Source: a virus
Lineage: Duplodnaviria > Caudoviricetes
Length of the DNA stretch: 64,000 nt
Reading direction: 5' to 3' (one strand)
Virus record (IMG/VR): IMGVR_UViG_3300014205_005221
Location: 122,051 to 186,050 of that record
The position numbers and the translations under genes are program-made. The notes under the pieces are model-generated. The model did no database searches. It was not told the origin of the DNA and worked only from the letters and a program-made list of their open reading frames with translations. The first letter of the stretch is position 1; each line of letters begins with the position of its first letter. Positions 37,999 through 48,001 of the stretch are shown here, piece after piece.

Positions 37999-38847
37999 CT
38001 ACAGGCCCAACGCCTTCCGGACAGCTGGGCCAGCCTCACCGTCCACCGTGAGCTTGGCGCGCTGCTGCAGGTACTTCACAGCCACAACGCTGGCAGGTCC
38101 GTACCGACCATCCACAGTCAGCGGCCACCACACAGGGCGGGCGGTCTTATACCAGGCGTTGAGCACGCGCTGGAGATCCTCGACGTCCTTGCCTGTCATG
38201 ATTGGCTTTGACGGGTCGTAATAAAGAACGCGCGTACCTGTCGAAGGGGAAGTTGTGGATGATCCCTTGCGAAGCTTGTTCAGCACCCGCTGACACTCCG
38301 CCTCGGACTTGATGATCTCAAAGTGCATCTCATCCTTGCGGCCCGAGTAGTCACCGCCCCAGCGAATGCAGCCCTCGCACTCGACGTTCACAATGGTGTG
38401 AATTGTCTTCACCTGCGCCGCAGTAAACGTTCCGATCTTGCCGAGAGGGTGCTTAGGAGCCGCCCAATCGAATGCCGTACCGCTGCTGTGGTTGGACAAA
38501 CTCGACGCCGCCAAAAGCGTGTCTTCATTGTCGAAACAACACGGACGGTTGGCGCTGTGGATCGGTGTCAGATCATCGAGACCCGGCTGGATGGCCGCTG
38601 CCATGAGCTTGCGGTCAGCGGGAGAGAGCAGGAACCCGCGAATGTCGCGGTACGCATAGCCCCACATGCCGTAGCCGGTGCCACCGTTCTCCACCCGTGA
38701 ATGGAGCTGGGCGGCGCAGTGCAACAGCAGCTCACCGGTCGGACCCTTCCGGAGCCCTCCGGGGAACACGATCGACGTGCCAGGCAGAGTGGGATTGTAG
38801 ATGACCGACTTATCGCCAGCCACGTAACCATTCTGAGAAACAACCAT
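37999..38847 (-). CDS. Endolysin: M15 peptidase plus peptidoglycan-binding domain
   Basis: SNHSSGTAFD, WGGDY..RKDEMHFEI; DG.YGP...AV..LQ....L.VDG..GP. Confidence 0.9.
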   Translation of the reverse strand: MVVSQNGYVAGDKSVIYNPTLPGTSIVFPGGLRKGPTGELLLHCAAQLHSRVENGGTGYGMWGYAYRDIRGFLLSPADRKLMAAAIQPGLDDLTPIHSANRPCCFDNEDTLLAASSLSNHSSGTAFDWAAPKHPLGKIGTFTAAQVKTIHTIVNVECEGCIRWGGDYSGRKDEMHFEIIKSEAECQRVLNKLRKGSSTTSPSTGTRVLYYDPSKPIMTGKDVEDLQRVLNAWYKTARPVWWPLTVDGRYGPASVVAVKYLQQRAKLTVDGEAGPAVRKALGL

Positions 38848-38859
38848 GATGTCCTACTC

Positions 38860-39357
38860 TCAGGAATCGCTCTCATCGAGAGCAGCAGCGAACATCCGGT
38901 AAAGAGGCGCAGCTTCTTCGCGAGGCATGTGCTGCAAAACGTTGGCGACAATTTTCGCAGTGTGCGAAGCGACGATCTGGTGCAGCGCTTCCGGAGAAAT
39001 CTTGGCGCTCTGATGCCCGGCGGCCAGATCGAGAGCAGCTTCGCGATGCATCTTGTACAAGTGCACGCGGTATTTCTCGTTCGGCCAGCTAGCTGTCAAC
39101 TCGTGATGACGGATGCGAATGTAGTAATACGCCAGCCGCTCAGCGTGAATAGCGCCAACCACGCCCGTAGCAATATGCCTAGTGTCACGACGAAGGCTAT
39201 CCACCAAAGCCGCGTGCAGCTGACCCAGCTCTTCCGAAACACCCTGCGGAGCCCGCCACATCGCAGAAGGAAGATCTGCGTACGCGAGATCCGGTTCCAC
39301 GACCTCAATGTCTTGGCCGGGTTCTGGTACAGCTTGAAGATAGTCTGGCTGAGGCAT
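38860..39357 (-). CDS. Hypothetical protein (possible terminase small subunit)
   Basis: Helical 165 aa with a late-type motif upstream; function is a guess. Confidence 0.45.
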   Translation of the reverse strand: MPQPDYLQAVPEPGQDIEVVEPDLAYADLPSAMWRAPQGVSEELGQLHAALVDSLRRDTRHIATGVVGAIHAERLAYYYIRIRHHELTASWPNEKYRVHLYKMHREAALDLAAGHQSAKISPEALHQIVASHTAKIVANVLQHMPREEAAPLYRMFAAALDESDS

Positions 39358-39418
39358 GTGAGGTCTCCAGGACTGAATGAAAGGTCTGTCGTGACCAAGT
39401 ATTCGACCTCAGAACGCC

Positions 39419-39449
39419 AAACGGCCCTCTACCCGGAGGTAGAGGGCCG
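39419..39449 (-). terminator. Hairpin terminator
   Basis: CGGCCCTCTACC-TCCG-GGTAGAGGGCCG then TTT. Confidence 0.7.
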
Positions 39450-39470
39450 CCTGCTGGAGGAAACTAAGTC

Positions 39471-39677
39471 TTACGACTTGTCCTTCTCGTCTTCTTCATC
39501 AGATCCGCCGCGCTTGGAGAAATCCAAGTCGGTCGGAACCTCTTCATTGGGATCGGCAGGAGGTCCAGGCTGCGACGTTCCGCCCTGGTTACCGACTCCA
39601 CCCTGGGTGGCCGGGGTGTCCTCGGGCTCACGAACAGCCTGAGTAGGCGGTGCCGAATCCTTCTTCTTGTCGGTCAC
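39471..39677 (-). CDS. Small disordered protein
   Basis: GTGA overlap with the upstream gene. Confidence 0.55.
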   Translation of the reverse strand: MTDKKKDSAPPTQAVREPEDTPATQGGVGNQGGTSQPGPPADPNEEVPTDLDFSKRGGSDEEDEKDKS

Positions 39678-40249
39678 GAGTTGTCCCGACGCTCCTCGAC
39701 AGGAACATCATCGCTGACCGGAACCTCATCGGGGCCGGGAGCGGTGTCGCCGCCTGCATCAGGAGCCTCCTCGGCCGGAACAACAGTCCCGCCGTCAGCG
39801 GGAGCTGGCTCCTCGACCGGCTCCGCCGGAGGAACGTTCTCGCCGGTCTCGCCGTCGCCAGCGTTCTCTACCGGAGGAACATCCGGACCCGGCTCAACCG
39901 GAACCTGCTCCGGCTCTGGCTCAGGGACGGGGTTGGTCGCGTCGGCACCCAAAGCCTCAAGCTGCTCCAGAACGGGGCGAAGCTGAGCGCTGGACTCCAG
40001 AACGGCGTCGAGCTGCGCCTGCGCGCGGACCTCGTCGTCGTTGCCGGTGCCGAGAACATCGATCTGATCCAGAAGCGAATTCACGCGTGCCGCAATGCGC
40101 GACGTTGCCGCGTTCAGGCGCTCCAGGTCTGCGGAACTAACAGCCACTTGGCCCTCCAGGTCACGTACTTGACGCTGGATCGCAGCGATTCCCAGCCAAC
40201 GGCGAATCAGCTTGCGGACTTTTTCGATCAACTCCGCCATCCGAACCAC
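39674..40249 (-). CDS. Coiled-coil protein with Pro/Glu-rich tail
   Basis: Composition; GAGG RBS. Confidence 0.65.
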   Translation of the reverse strand: MVRMAELIEKVRKLIRRWLGIAAIQRQVRDLEGQVAVSSADLERLNAATSRIAARVNSLLDQIDVLGTGNDDEVRAQAQLDAVLESSAQLRPVLEQLEALGADATNPVPEPEPEQVPVEPGPDVPPVENAGDGETGENVPPAEPVEEPAPADGGTVVPAEEAPDAGGDTAPGPDEVPVSDDVPVEERRDNS

Positions 40250-40272
40250 CTCTCAGCTGGCCCTCGAAAAGG

Positions 40273-41502
40273 TCAGCCGTACCTAGCTAAAAGATCATCT
40301 GCAGTCGCAGCAGGGGAGCTGGGCCCCGCAGGAGTATTCGGACCAACACGGCTGTCTTTGGATGTCACAGGTACAGATGTGACTGACGGCACACTCTTCG
40401 AAGCCGCAGGCTGACCGCCCGAAAGCGCCGCTCCAAGCATCACAATGAGCAGATCCATCGCGGCATAGGCATCAGCAGCCGGAGCGATTGACGCGTAGTA
40501 CTCCCACACCGCTCGCATTCCCGCGACCAAACGCGGACCAACGAAACGCGGCGCCAAAGCGATCTCAGCCGACGTGGGAGGCGGAGACAGCGGAACAGGC
40601 CCGGTGCCGCCCTGCAGCGACGTGAGGACCAGCAAACGACGCATAGAGGTGACCAGACGCGCCACCAGATCCGAGGGCGAGGGCAGAGCCTCCATTCCCG
40701 CGCGACACGCCTCGAACGCAGCAGGCAGGTCACCGTCAGCCAGCGCGGTCAGAATCTTCAACTCGGTATCAGTGTCACCGAGCAGCACAGACAGATCATC
40801 AGGAGTCGCAATGCCAACCAGCGAACATTGATCCAGCAGCATCACCGCATCGCGCAGCGCTCCCTGCGAACGATCCGCGATAGCCGACGCCAGCTCGGTC
40901 GAGACGTCGAAGCCCTCGCGCTCGCCGATCCACGACACCCGAGCGGCGATATCGGAAGTCTTGATGCGCTGGAAACGCACCGAGAAACACCTCGATGCAA
41001 TGGTCGGCAGAACCCTGTCCACGTTGGTGGTCGCCAGCATGAACACCACGCGGGGAGGCGGCTCCTCCAACACCTTCAACAGCGTCTGCTGACCCTTAGC
41101 AGTCAATTCGTGACACTCATCGAGCAGCACCACGATGTAGCGACGCATCGGATGCCTCCGCACCTGCTGCCTAAGATCGCGCATTTCCTCCGCGCCTCCG
41201 GAAGAAGCCGCGTCGATCTCAATGACATCCGAAGACTTGCCATCCACCACGGCATCACAAGTCGGACACTTGCCGCACGGACGCTGCGCCGAATCCTCTT
41301 CCTCACAATTCAACGCCGCAGCAACGATGCGCGCTGACGTGGTCTTGCCCGATCCCCAGGAACCGTGCAACAGCAACGCAGGCGGAATACGATCTGTCAT
41401 AATCATGCGCTGCAGCGTCACACGCGCAGCCAGCTGACCGACCATGTCCTCAAAACGACGTGGTCGATACCGCAAGGTCAGGGGCAGCAGATCCTCAGGC
41501 AC
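40273..41502 (-). CDS. dnaX: DNA polymerase III gamma/tau-like clamp loader ATPase
   Basis: YRP..F.D.VGQ, G.GKTT, PCGKC.TC, EIDAAS, DECH, LLK.LEEPP, TI.SRC. Confidence 0.92.
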   Translation of the reverse strand: MPEDLLPLTLRYRPRRFEDMVGQLAARVTLQRMIMTDRIPPALLLHGSWGSGKTTSARIVAAALNCEEEDSAQRPCGKCPTCDAVVDGKSSDVIEIDAASSGGAEEMRDLRQQVRRHPMRRYIVVLLDECHELTAKGQQTLLKVLEEPPPRVVFMLATTNVDRVLPTIASRCFSVRFQRIKTSDIAARVSWIGEREGFDVSTELASAIADRSQGALRDAVMLLDQCSLVGIATPDDLSVLLGDTDTELKILTALADGDLPAAFEACRAGMEALPSPSDLVARLVTSMRRLLVLTSLQGGTGPVPLSPPPTSAEIALAPRFVGPRLVAGMRAVWEYYASIAPAADAYAAMDLLIVMLGAALSGGQPAASKSVPSVTSVPVTSKDSRVGPNTPAGPSSPAATADDLLARYG

Positions 41503-41536
41503 AGCACACTCCTACCCAGGGCCACAAACGCCCCGG

Positions 41537-42094
41537 CTAGAAATTCAAGTGATAGCGCGAGGTCGTAGGGCCACTTTGATTCTGATACTTAGACCCAATG
41601 CCAGACGATCCATACGGAACGTCCACCGCTGAGTTGAGTCGGAAAAAACACAGCTGCCCAATCTTCATGCCCGGGATCAGCACCATTGGCAAGCCTGTCA
41701 CATTGTGCAGCTCCAACGTGACCCAACCGCTAAAGCCTGGATCGATGAACCCAGCAGCCACATGCGGAAGCAGCCCGAGCCGTCCCAGCGACGATTTGCC
41801 CTCGAAGCGACACGCGACCGCGTCATTGAGCGAGAGGTGCTCCAGCGTCACACCCAGCGCGAATCCGTGCGCAGGAAGGATGAACTCTCCGCCCCACGGC
41901 ACGCGCTTAGAACGCATCTGATCTGCCTGCGGCTTGCGCGGATCAATCAGCGTCGCGTCTTCGCTGTAGAACTTAAAGTCTTTACCGAGACGGACATCCA
42001 AGCTTGACGGCTGCAGAAAACTCAGATCAAGCGGCTCGACCTGAATACACCCATGCTCGATCAGACCGCGAATCTGGTGGTCAGCGCACAGCAT
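41537..42094 (-). CDS. dcd: dCTP deaminase
   Basis: QPSSLDVRL, EGKSSLGRLGL, AGFIDPGFSG.VTLEL, KYQ.Q.GPT.S. Confidence 0.95.
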   Translation of the reverse strand: MLCADHQIRGLIEHGCIQVEPLDLSFLQPSSLDVRLGKDFKFYSEDATLIDPRKPQADQMRSKRVPWGGEFILPAHGFALGVTLEHLSLNDAVACRFEGKSSLGRLGLLPHVAAGFIDPGFSGWVTLELHNVTGLPMVLIPGMKIGQLCFFRLNSAVDVPYGSSGIGSKYQNQSGPTTSRYHLNF

Positions 42095-42305
42095 CGGCGC
42101 CCCGCTTGGGCTGGTAACCGATGATCTTTTTGCAAGTCTCGCAAGGCTCTACCGTCCACGGCTCGAACAACGCGTCCGGGACGGGAACCCACTTCTTGTC
42201 ATCGCAAGCATTGACATAGTGAGCACCAAGCAAATCGCGCTGCGCCTTCGTCAGATCTTGAAAGCGCTCTGGAATCTTGGCCGCGTGCACCACAAACTTC
42301 CTCAC
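42081..42305 (-). CDS. Hypothetical protein
   Basis: Packed ORF with a CETC motif. Confidence 0.5.
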   Translation of the reverse strand: MRKFVVHAAKIPERFQDLTKAQRDLLGAHYVNACDDKKWVPVPDALFEPWTVEPCETCKKIIGYQPKRGADAVR

Positions 42306-42697
42306 GACCCCGACTCCTTGAGGGCATCCAAATCCCGGAGAGCGGGCTCAGCGACAACGAACTGAGTCACGAACACCAGGGTGGAACGGTAAAACTCACC
42401 GAACGTTCCTACCAGCTCCGGATGCCGCGATAAAAACACCCGGAGATATGAGACCAGATCTCCGGCCTCATCCAGAATGTCTTTAATGTAATCGCGACCA
42501 TTGTCAGAGTGTAAAACAGTGCCGTACTTTTCAAGACCGTACTGCTTGCGAGAAAGAATGAACTCCGCCGCCAGCTCTGCCGCTGTGTCACGAGGAAACT
42601 CACGCTGTAGATCCTCGATCACCAGATCGTGTGCAGAGATCGCATCTTCGGCCACGCGCGGGCGCGGCTGCACGTCGTAATCCGGAACATCAGACAT
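42302..42697 (-). CDS. Conserved phage protein
   Basis: R..YGLEKYGT.L...NGRD...D..DE..D...Y. Confidence 0.7.
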   Translation of the reverse strand: MSDVPDYDVQPRPRVAEDAISAHDLVIEDLQREFPRDTAAELAAEFILSRKQYGLEKYGTVLHSDNGRDYIKDILDEAGDLVSYLRVFLSRHPELVGTFGEFYRSTLVFVTQFVVAEPALRDLDALKESGS

Positions 42698-42715
42698 GCA
42701 TGACGCTTCGACAAG

Positions 42716-42937
42716 CTACGACGCAGCCGGAAGCTCCTGCGCCTTACGTGTCCCCGCTGCAGTCAGCTCCAACGGCTTGCCCAAACGAAAAGGCTTCAAC
42801 AGCTTCTCCTTGCGCAACACACGCAGAACATTCTGGTTGAAAATTCCCCACTCCAAATCCGTCGGCAACAGCGCCGCAGCGGGGTAAGACGGACGTTCAG
42901 CAATCACGCGCAGCGCCTCTGCGCTCTTGGGGCCCAT
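42716..42937 (-). CDS. Small winged-helix-like protein
   Basis: L.KEKLL....ELT.AG pattern. Confidence 0.45.
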   Translation of the reverse strand: MGPKSAEALRVIAERPSYPAAALLPTDLEWGIFNQNVLRVLRKEKLLKPFRLGKPLELTAAGTRKAQELPAAS

Positions 42938-43626
42938 TACGAAAGCCTCGACACGCGGGTGACACCCGACGGATCCAGCGACAGTCGATGCACCACATCA
43001 GCTGCGTCTGTCAGAGGTTCCTGGTGAGTTACCATAATTACCTGTAATCCTGCAGAATCCACTAACGTCCGCAGAAACGCCGACGCCGCCTCCAGCCGGT
43101 CCGAGGACAGCATGGCCAGCGTCTCGTCCAGCACCAGCGTAGAAGACACCTGCTGGCCCGTCTGACGCGTCAGCAGAATGAGCACCACCCGGAGCAACAT
43201 GCCGATCACCGCCGCCACACCGCCGCCACGCGCCGACATCACATCGGTCTCGATGACCTCACCGTCAGGCTTGGTAGTGCGAACCATGAAATCGATGTTC
43301 GTGGTGTTGCGAAGCGTCGACTCCGTAAGGTGAAATGACAGACGCTCACCGCCATCCCCAAAGATGGCGGTGAGTCCAGCTGTCACAAGAGACTCCACCA
43401 TTTGACGCGCAGCAGCATCCCGCTCAGCAGCCAGCTTTCCGAGAACACCCGCAACTCGCTCAGCGGTCTCCCGGGACGCGAGCAACTCGCTCAGCGCCAA
43501 CTCCAACTCTTCCTTTCGCAGCAAAAGAGCGCGGAACTCCCCCTTCTCCGCATTCAACTCCGCCAAGCGAAACTTCAGACGATTACGAAGGTCGGCCAAC
43601 TCCTGCGACCGCTGCGGATACGTCAC
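42937..43626 (-). CDS. SbcC/Rad50/gp46-like ATPase, C-terminal half
   Basis: Coiled coil, SARGGG signature, LVLDE Walker B, MVTH; no Walker A. Confidence 0.85.
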   Translation of the reverse strand: MTYPQRSQELADLRNRLKFRLAELNAEKGEFRALLLRKEELELALSELLASRETAERVAGVLGKLAAERDAAARQMVESLVTAGLTAIFGDGGERLSFHLTESTLRNTTNIDFMVRTTKPDGEVIETDVMSARGGGVAAVIGMLLRVVLILLTRQTGQQVSSTLVLDETLAMLSSDRLEAASAFLRTLVDSAGLQVIMVTHQEPLTDAADVVHRLSLDPSGVTRVSRLS

Positions 43627-44069
43627 AGAGCACCAGCCTTGAGGTAGTCGTAAGCCTTAAGATACTTCTTGATCAGCCTGTTCCTAGTCTCTTCATCCAA
43701 ATACGAAAGCCGATCCGGACGCGAGTTATCCGCAACATCTGCAAGCTTCACCGCAACCGCCTGAGCACCCGACTGCAAGATCCGATCGTAGTAATCGGTT
43801 CGAGGCTCTCGATCCCGATGCGTCAGCGCGTCCACCTGCAGAACCATGGACTCCGGAAACCCCGCCCACGCCAGGTCATCCAAGGTCACCGAAGTGTCCT
43901 CCACGACGTCGTGCACCCACGCCAGGGACTGCAGCACGACGTCGTGAGGAAACTGAGCGGCCACCCGCGCAGGATGGGTGATGTAAAGCTGACCAGCCTT
44001 GTCGCGCTGACCCGCATGAGCACCGATGGCGATACCCCGAGCCACGTGAGCCAACGCGATGTTAGTCAT
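43623..44069 (-). CDS. HD-domain hydrolase (RelA/SpoT hydrolase / Mesh1-like)
   Basis: AH.GQ.DK.G..YITHP, HDVVED, VKLAD..DN; start set by GGGTAT-N9-ATG. Confidence 0.88.
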   Translation of the reverse strand: MTNIALAHVARGIAIGAHAGQRDKAGQLYITHPARVAAQFPHDVVLQSLAWVHDVVEDTSVTLDDLAWAGFPESMVLQVDALTHRDREPRTDYYDRILQSGAQAVAVKLADVADNSRPDRLSYLDEETRNRLIKKYLKAYDYLKAGAL

Positions 44070-44086
44070 GACTCTCTCATACCCAG

Positions 44087-45334
44087 TCAGCTGATGAGCG
44101 AGATCTGGCTCATCGACAGCGAGCCCTTGGGCGGAAGCTGCATCTTCGACGCCTGAGCGCCCTTGCGCCACAGAGTCCACGCCCGGCACACCAGGTAGAC
44201 CTGCTGCGCCTGATTAGGCCGCCGATCACGGCCGCCCACGCGACGCGTCATGGTGTCACGCAGCGCCAGAATCGGCGAACGCAGCGGCATGTTTGCCCCG
44301 TGATCGAGGTAGTCAAAGAACTCCGAAGCCGCCTTCGAGTCCACCAGCGACATCCGGTAGTGACATCCCGCGACCACCGACGGAGCGATGAACTGCCGGG
44401 CCTGAGAACCCGCTGCGACATGCGCAGAATCCTCGATCGAGTGATCACCGTTCGAGAGCGTCAAGATGTAATCCAGCACCTCGATGTTGGACGGCGTCGG
44501 GAGATTCGAGATCAGCGCCCCATGCTCCCAGAGCCACAGCATACGAGCCGACGACGCGATGATCATCGCGTTCTTGTAGCCGTTGATCTTGAGCTGATCC
44601 GCCACCGAGCGGTGCTGCCCGGAATCCATGACGTCCTGCGACGAATCCGGAAGACCGGTGATCACGTTGAACCGGATTGCGCGGCCGGACTTCTCCACAG
44701 CCATGAGCCGCTTCTGGCCGTCCAACAACCGACCGGTGTTCGAGAACCGAATCGGGTCGCCGATGTCCTCGACCCAGCCGTTCTCACGCATGGTACGCGC
44801 CCACGATTCGACCAGACGCATCTGCGGCGGACGATTCTCGTGGTTGTACTCCAACATGTGGCTTGCCATATCCGGATCGATCGGACGATCCGGCTCCTCC
44901 CACACGCCGTCACCAGCCTTCGGGAAGATGCGCACGCCCGGAGCAGGCAGAGCGGGATGTCCCTCGGGGAGAACAGGACCGACGGCGGACGGAGCAACCT
45001 CGGGGATCGGAGTCTCCTCAGGAACGATTCTTTCGACAGCAGGCTCCGCTACACGATTACGCGAGGGCATCATCGACGGATTCGGAGCAGGGACAACCGG
45101 CTCTTCCGTCGCCTCTTCGATCTTCTTGACATCCTCCGGTCGCGGAAGACCGTTTCGCTGTGCCCACCGACGAAGGTTCTTCACCGTGGTCGGCAACGTT
45201 GCATTCTTGGAAACGAACCGCAGCTCACCGTTCGGAGCCACCAGTCTGATAGTGCTGCCAGATCCATGCGGAAAAATCTTGAAATCCGCGTCTGAAAGCT
45301 CTTCGAAAAGCTGATCCATGTCTTTCTGACTCAC
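44087..45334 (-). CDS. ParB/Srx-like domain protein
   Basis: NRP...GW...I.F...G.LLDGQKRL.A...D.G..RS; GGAGG RBS before GTG. Confidence 0.75.
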   Translation of the reverse strand: MSQKDMDQLFEELSDADFKIFPHGSGSTIRLVAPNGELRFVSKNATLPTTVKNLRRWAQRNGLPRPEDVKKIEEATEEPVVPAPNPSMMPSRNRVAEPAVERIVPEETPIPEVAPSAVGPVLPEGHPALPAPGVRIFPKAGDGVWEEPDRPIDPDMASHMLEYNHENRPPQMRLVESWARTMRENGWVEDIGDPIRFSNTGRLLDGQKRLMAVEKSGRAIRFNVITGLPDSSQDVMDSGQHRSVADQLKINGYKNAMIIASSARMLWLWEHGALISNLPTPSNIEVLDYILTLSNGDHSIEDSAHVAAGSQARQFIAPSVVAGCHYRMSLVDSKAASEFFDYLDHGANMPLRSPILALRDTMTRRVGGRDRRPNQAQQVYLVCRAWTLWRKGAQASKMQLPPKGSLSMSQISLIS

Positions 45335-45746
45335 AGATCCTCCAGCTCGTTGGTAGATTGCCCACGTCCTACCCAGCCGAGCCGCAAAACACACTGACCA
45401 GCGATTACCAGTATCAAGACAGGTCAGCGTCTCGCACAGCGGCCGTTCGTCAAGGGGGGCTATGCGAGCCGATTATGGCACAACTAGCGCGACAGATCCT
45501 CGCGCAACGCGCCGCACATTTGCAACGCGGCCATCTTCTGCATACGGAGCATTTTGCACGCTTCCGGCGTGTGCTCACCGAACACACCGCGCGAGGTGCC
45601 GTCCTCGACTACACGATGAAAAAGCAGGTGCGCGCGAACGCGGCCATCCCCGGTCACCAAAAACCGACAAGGCGTGCCACACGCCTCACAGACAGCCGCG
45701 CTCGCCATACACCTGCAGCCGAGCTGACCCATGAGTCAGTACTCGA

Positions 45747-46490
45747 CTAGCGAAGCCCCGGAAGCACCAGCAGCTCAGTGCCACGGGACCACGGTGAACC
45801 GTTACAGTCCAAAGAAGTCACTTCACACACGCCAGCGTCGTGTACAAACGGGTACTTCTCGTACTGATGATAATGACCGTGAAACCACACCTGCGGCTTG
45901 AGCACCCGGGCGATATCCGTCATCACCTGACGGTGCGCCGTGGAGTCTGCATCCGGCTGCAGGCGAAACGGTACCGACGTGGGCGCATCGTGGGTCAGCA
46001 ACACCTCGGTACGACCCAGAGCACGCGCAGCAGCCGCCTCAGCGGGTGTGAGCGCCTCCTGAGGCCACCAGGACTCCCCCGGCACCCGCCAGTGCTTGTC
46101 GATCGACGTAGCACCGCCCACAGCCGCGAAACGATGACCCGCCCACGTCCACGCACTCACCTTGCCGGTGTAGAAGATGCGCGGCCGAAACGGGATGTGG
46201 CCCTCCGGAGACACCGTGTTCGACTTTCGCGCTGTCAACAGCTCAAGCTTATCAAAATCCTCGTGATTGCCCGGAAGAAAGTGAAGATCGATGTTAGCTC
46301 GATCGAGCAGACGGTTCATCTTGTCCAGTGTGCGCCCGTAGTTCGGACGCGGCCAGACAAAACCGAAGTCACCCAGCTGCACGATCTTGGTGGCGTTCGC
46401 GTCGATGGCACGACGCAGCACGACGTCATGGAACCATTCCATGTCGCCGTGAGCGTCTCCTTCCAGAAGAACGTACATTGATTCCGTCAC
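45747..46490 (-). CDS. Metallophosphoesterase
   Basis: GDAHG, QLGDFG, GNHE, THDAP, HGHYH. Confidence 0.92.
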   Translation of the reverse strand: MTESMYVLLEGDAHGDMEWFHDVVLRRAIDANATKIVQLGDFGFVWPRPNYGRTLDKMNRLLDRANIDLHFLPGNHEDFDKLELLTARKSNTVSPEGHIPFRPRIFYTGKVSAWTWAGHRFAAVGGATSIDKHWRVPGESWWPQEALTPAEAAAARALGRTEVLLTHDAPTSVPFRLQPDADSTAHRQVMTDIARVLKPQVWFHGHYHQYEKYPFVHDAGVCEVTSLDCNGSPWSRGTELLVLPGLR

Positions 46491-46532
46491 GAACGGGTTA
46501 TACCCTCACGGACGATAACTAAAATCATATGT

Positions 46533-47189
46533 CTAACCTTCAAGGTCAGTAATGAGCCAGTAATGGTTCTTAGCGCCAAAATCTGTCGCCTTGTAATACG
46601 GGTGCCAGACCTCGCGGAGTGTCGAGTACACCGAGTCCAAATACCCACGAATCTCCGCACCGAGCTGCGCGTTGTGCACCTCGATGTAGAGCGCAGGCTT
46701 GGCACGAGCCAGCACAGACAGCCCGCCCGCGATCACCCTGCCCTCGTGTCCCTCCACGTCGACCTTCACGAAGTCGGGATCACCGAACTCCAGCGCCAGC
46801 GCGTCCAGCGTCGTCGCGGGCACGATACGCGAGTCCAGAATCTCGCCCCAACCACCACCGCCAAGCGAACGATCCAACACCCACTCCTCGCCACCGCCGG
46901 TGGGAGAGGTCAGCTGGCCGGACTTGATGTGATCAGCCTGCACCGCCAGCTCCACGGTGCCCTCGTGATCTGAAACCGCGACGTTGCGCGGGACGATCCC
47001 GGGGACACGCTCCAAACGGGCGTAGGACTCCTCTGCAGGCTCGCAGGAGACGACCTGCGTGAAACGACGGGCCAGCATACCGGCCACACGCCCATTATTA
47101 CCGCCGATGTCAAAAGCCAACTCACCAGAAACAGTGTTCAGGTGCTTCTCGACCTCAGGCGGGTCGAACTCGGCATCACGAATGCTCAT
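46533..47189 (-). CDS. FkbM-family methyltransferase
   Basis: DIGGNNG, EP, TLD..., KVDVEGHE..V..G, IEVH. Confidence 0.9.
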   Translation of the reverse strand: MSIRDAEFDPPEVEKHLNTVSGELAFDIGGNNGRVAGMLARRFTQVVSCEPAEESYARLERVPGIVPRNVAVSDHEGTVELAVQADHIKSGQLTSPTGGGEEWVLDRSLGGGGWGEILDSRIVPATTLDALALEFGDPDFVKVDVEGHEGRVIAGGLSVLARAKPALYIEVHNAQLGAEIRGYLDSVYSTLREVWHPYYKATDFGAKNHYWLITDLEG

Positions 47190-47209
47190 AACCTGGACTA
47201 CGACACAAC

Positions 47210-47243
47210 AAAGCCCCAGAGGCTTGCGCAAGCCTCTGGGGCC
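47210..47243 (-). terminator. Intrinsic terminator
   Basis: GCCCCAGAGGCTT-GCGC-AAGCCTCTGGGGC-TTT. Confidence 0.8.
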
Positions 47244-47391
47244 TTCTCTGAGTACTCATGGTATGCGCCCTCACTGACTGGATGCCAGCGAAGCAAAGTC
47301 ATGTTCCCGATTACCATCACGGTGTCTCAGGAAAAGCCGAGATCAATCCAGATACCCGGGTCAGGCGTGAATCCACAGCACCTGACGTGTG

Positions 47392-48000
47392 TCAGGTTAC
47401 CACCGCTGCTCGTTTACGTCCACGCCATGTCGGAGTCAATGCATGGCAATTACAGCAAAGGAGGCGCAAGTTCTCGAAGCGGTGATCTGTAGACACACCA
47501 TTGATGTGGTCAAGCTCCACCGGAAGGAGCTCGCCCTCCCACTCAGTACGAGAACAGCGCTCACAACGCCGCTCCTTCAATCCTGCAGCAAGCAGACGAT
47601 CGCGGAGGTGAGCAGTTGGATAGGTGGAGTACTCCACCATGATCTCGTTGAGAGGCTTAGGAGCCTTCCCAAAGTTAGCGCCGTTCCATCCCTGACCCAT
47701 CCAGTGAGAAGTGTCCAGTTCCAAGAATGCAATATAGCGCTTCACGGTCTGACGACTACCGGCATGCCGAGGGTCAAAACCCAAGCTCCTGAGCACGTCC
47801 GACATCGAAGCCGCACTGGCTACAGCCTCAGTCAGCTGAGCATCTGTCCAGCTACGCCGATCCCCCGACAGCTTCGTTGACAAGTCATGCTTGTCGAGCC
47901 AATAACGAACAGGACCGGTACTGGCAAAGCCAAAGTGAGTGGCCAACTGAGAAAGAGAAAGCCCCTGGATGACCAGGGGCTCAATCTCGGACTTCAACAC
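47392..48000 (-). CDS. HNH endonuclease with N-terminal HTH, tRNA-array associated
   Basis: CERC...ELDHING...DHRFENLRLLC.NCH. Confidence 0.9.
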   Translation of the reverse strand: MLKSEIEPLVIQGLSLSQLATHFGFASTGPVRYWLDKHDLSTKLSGDRRSWTDAQLTEAVASAASMSDVLRSLGFDPRHAGSRQTVKRYIAFLELDTSHWMGQGWNGANFGKAPKPLNEIMVEYSTYPTAHLRDRLLAAGLKERRCERCSRTEWEGELLPVELDHINGVSTDHRFENLRLLCCNCHALTPTWRGRKRAAVVT

Positions 48001-48001
48001 G

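Noticed and set aside
38500-38640. Intein in the endolysin
   Set aside because: Too short and lacks N-terminal C/S and C-terminal HN motifs
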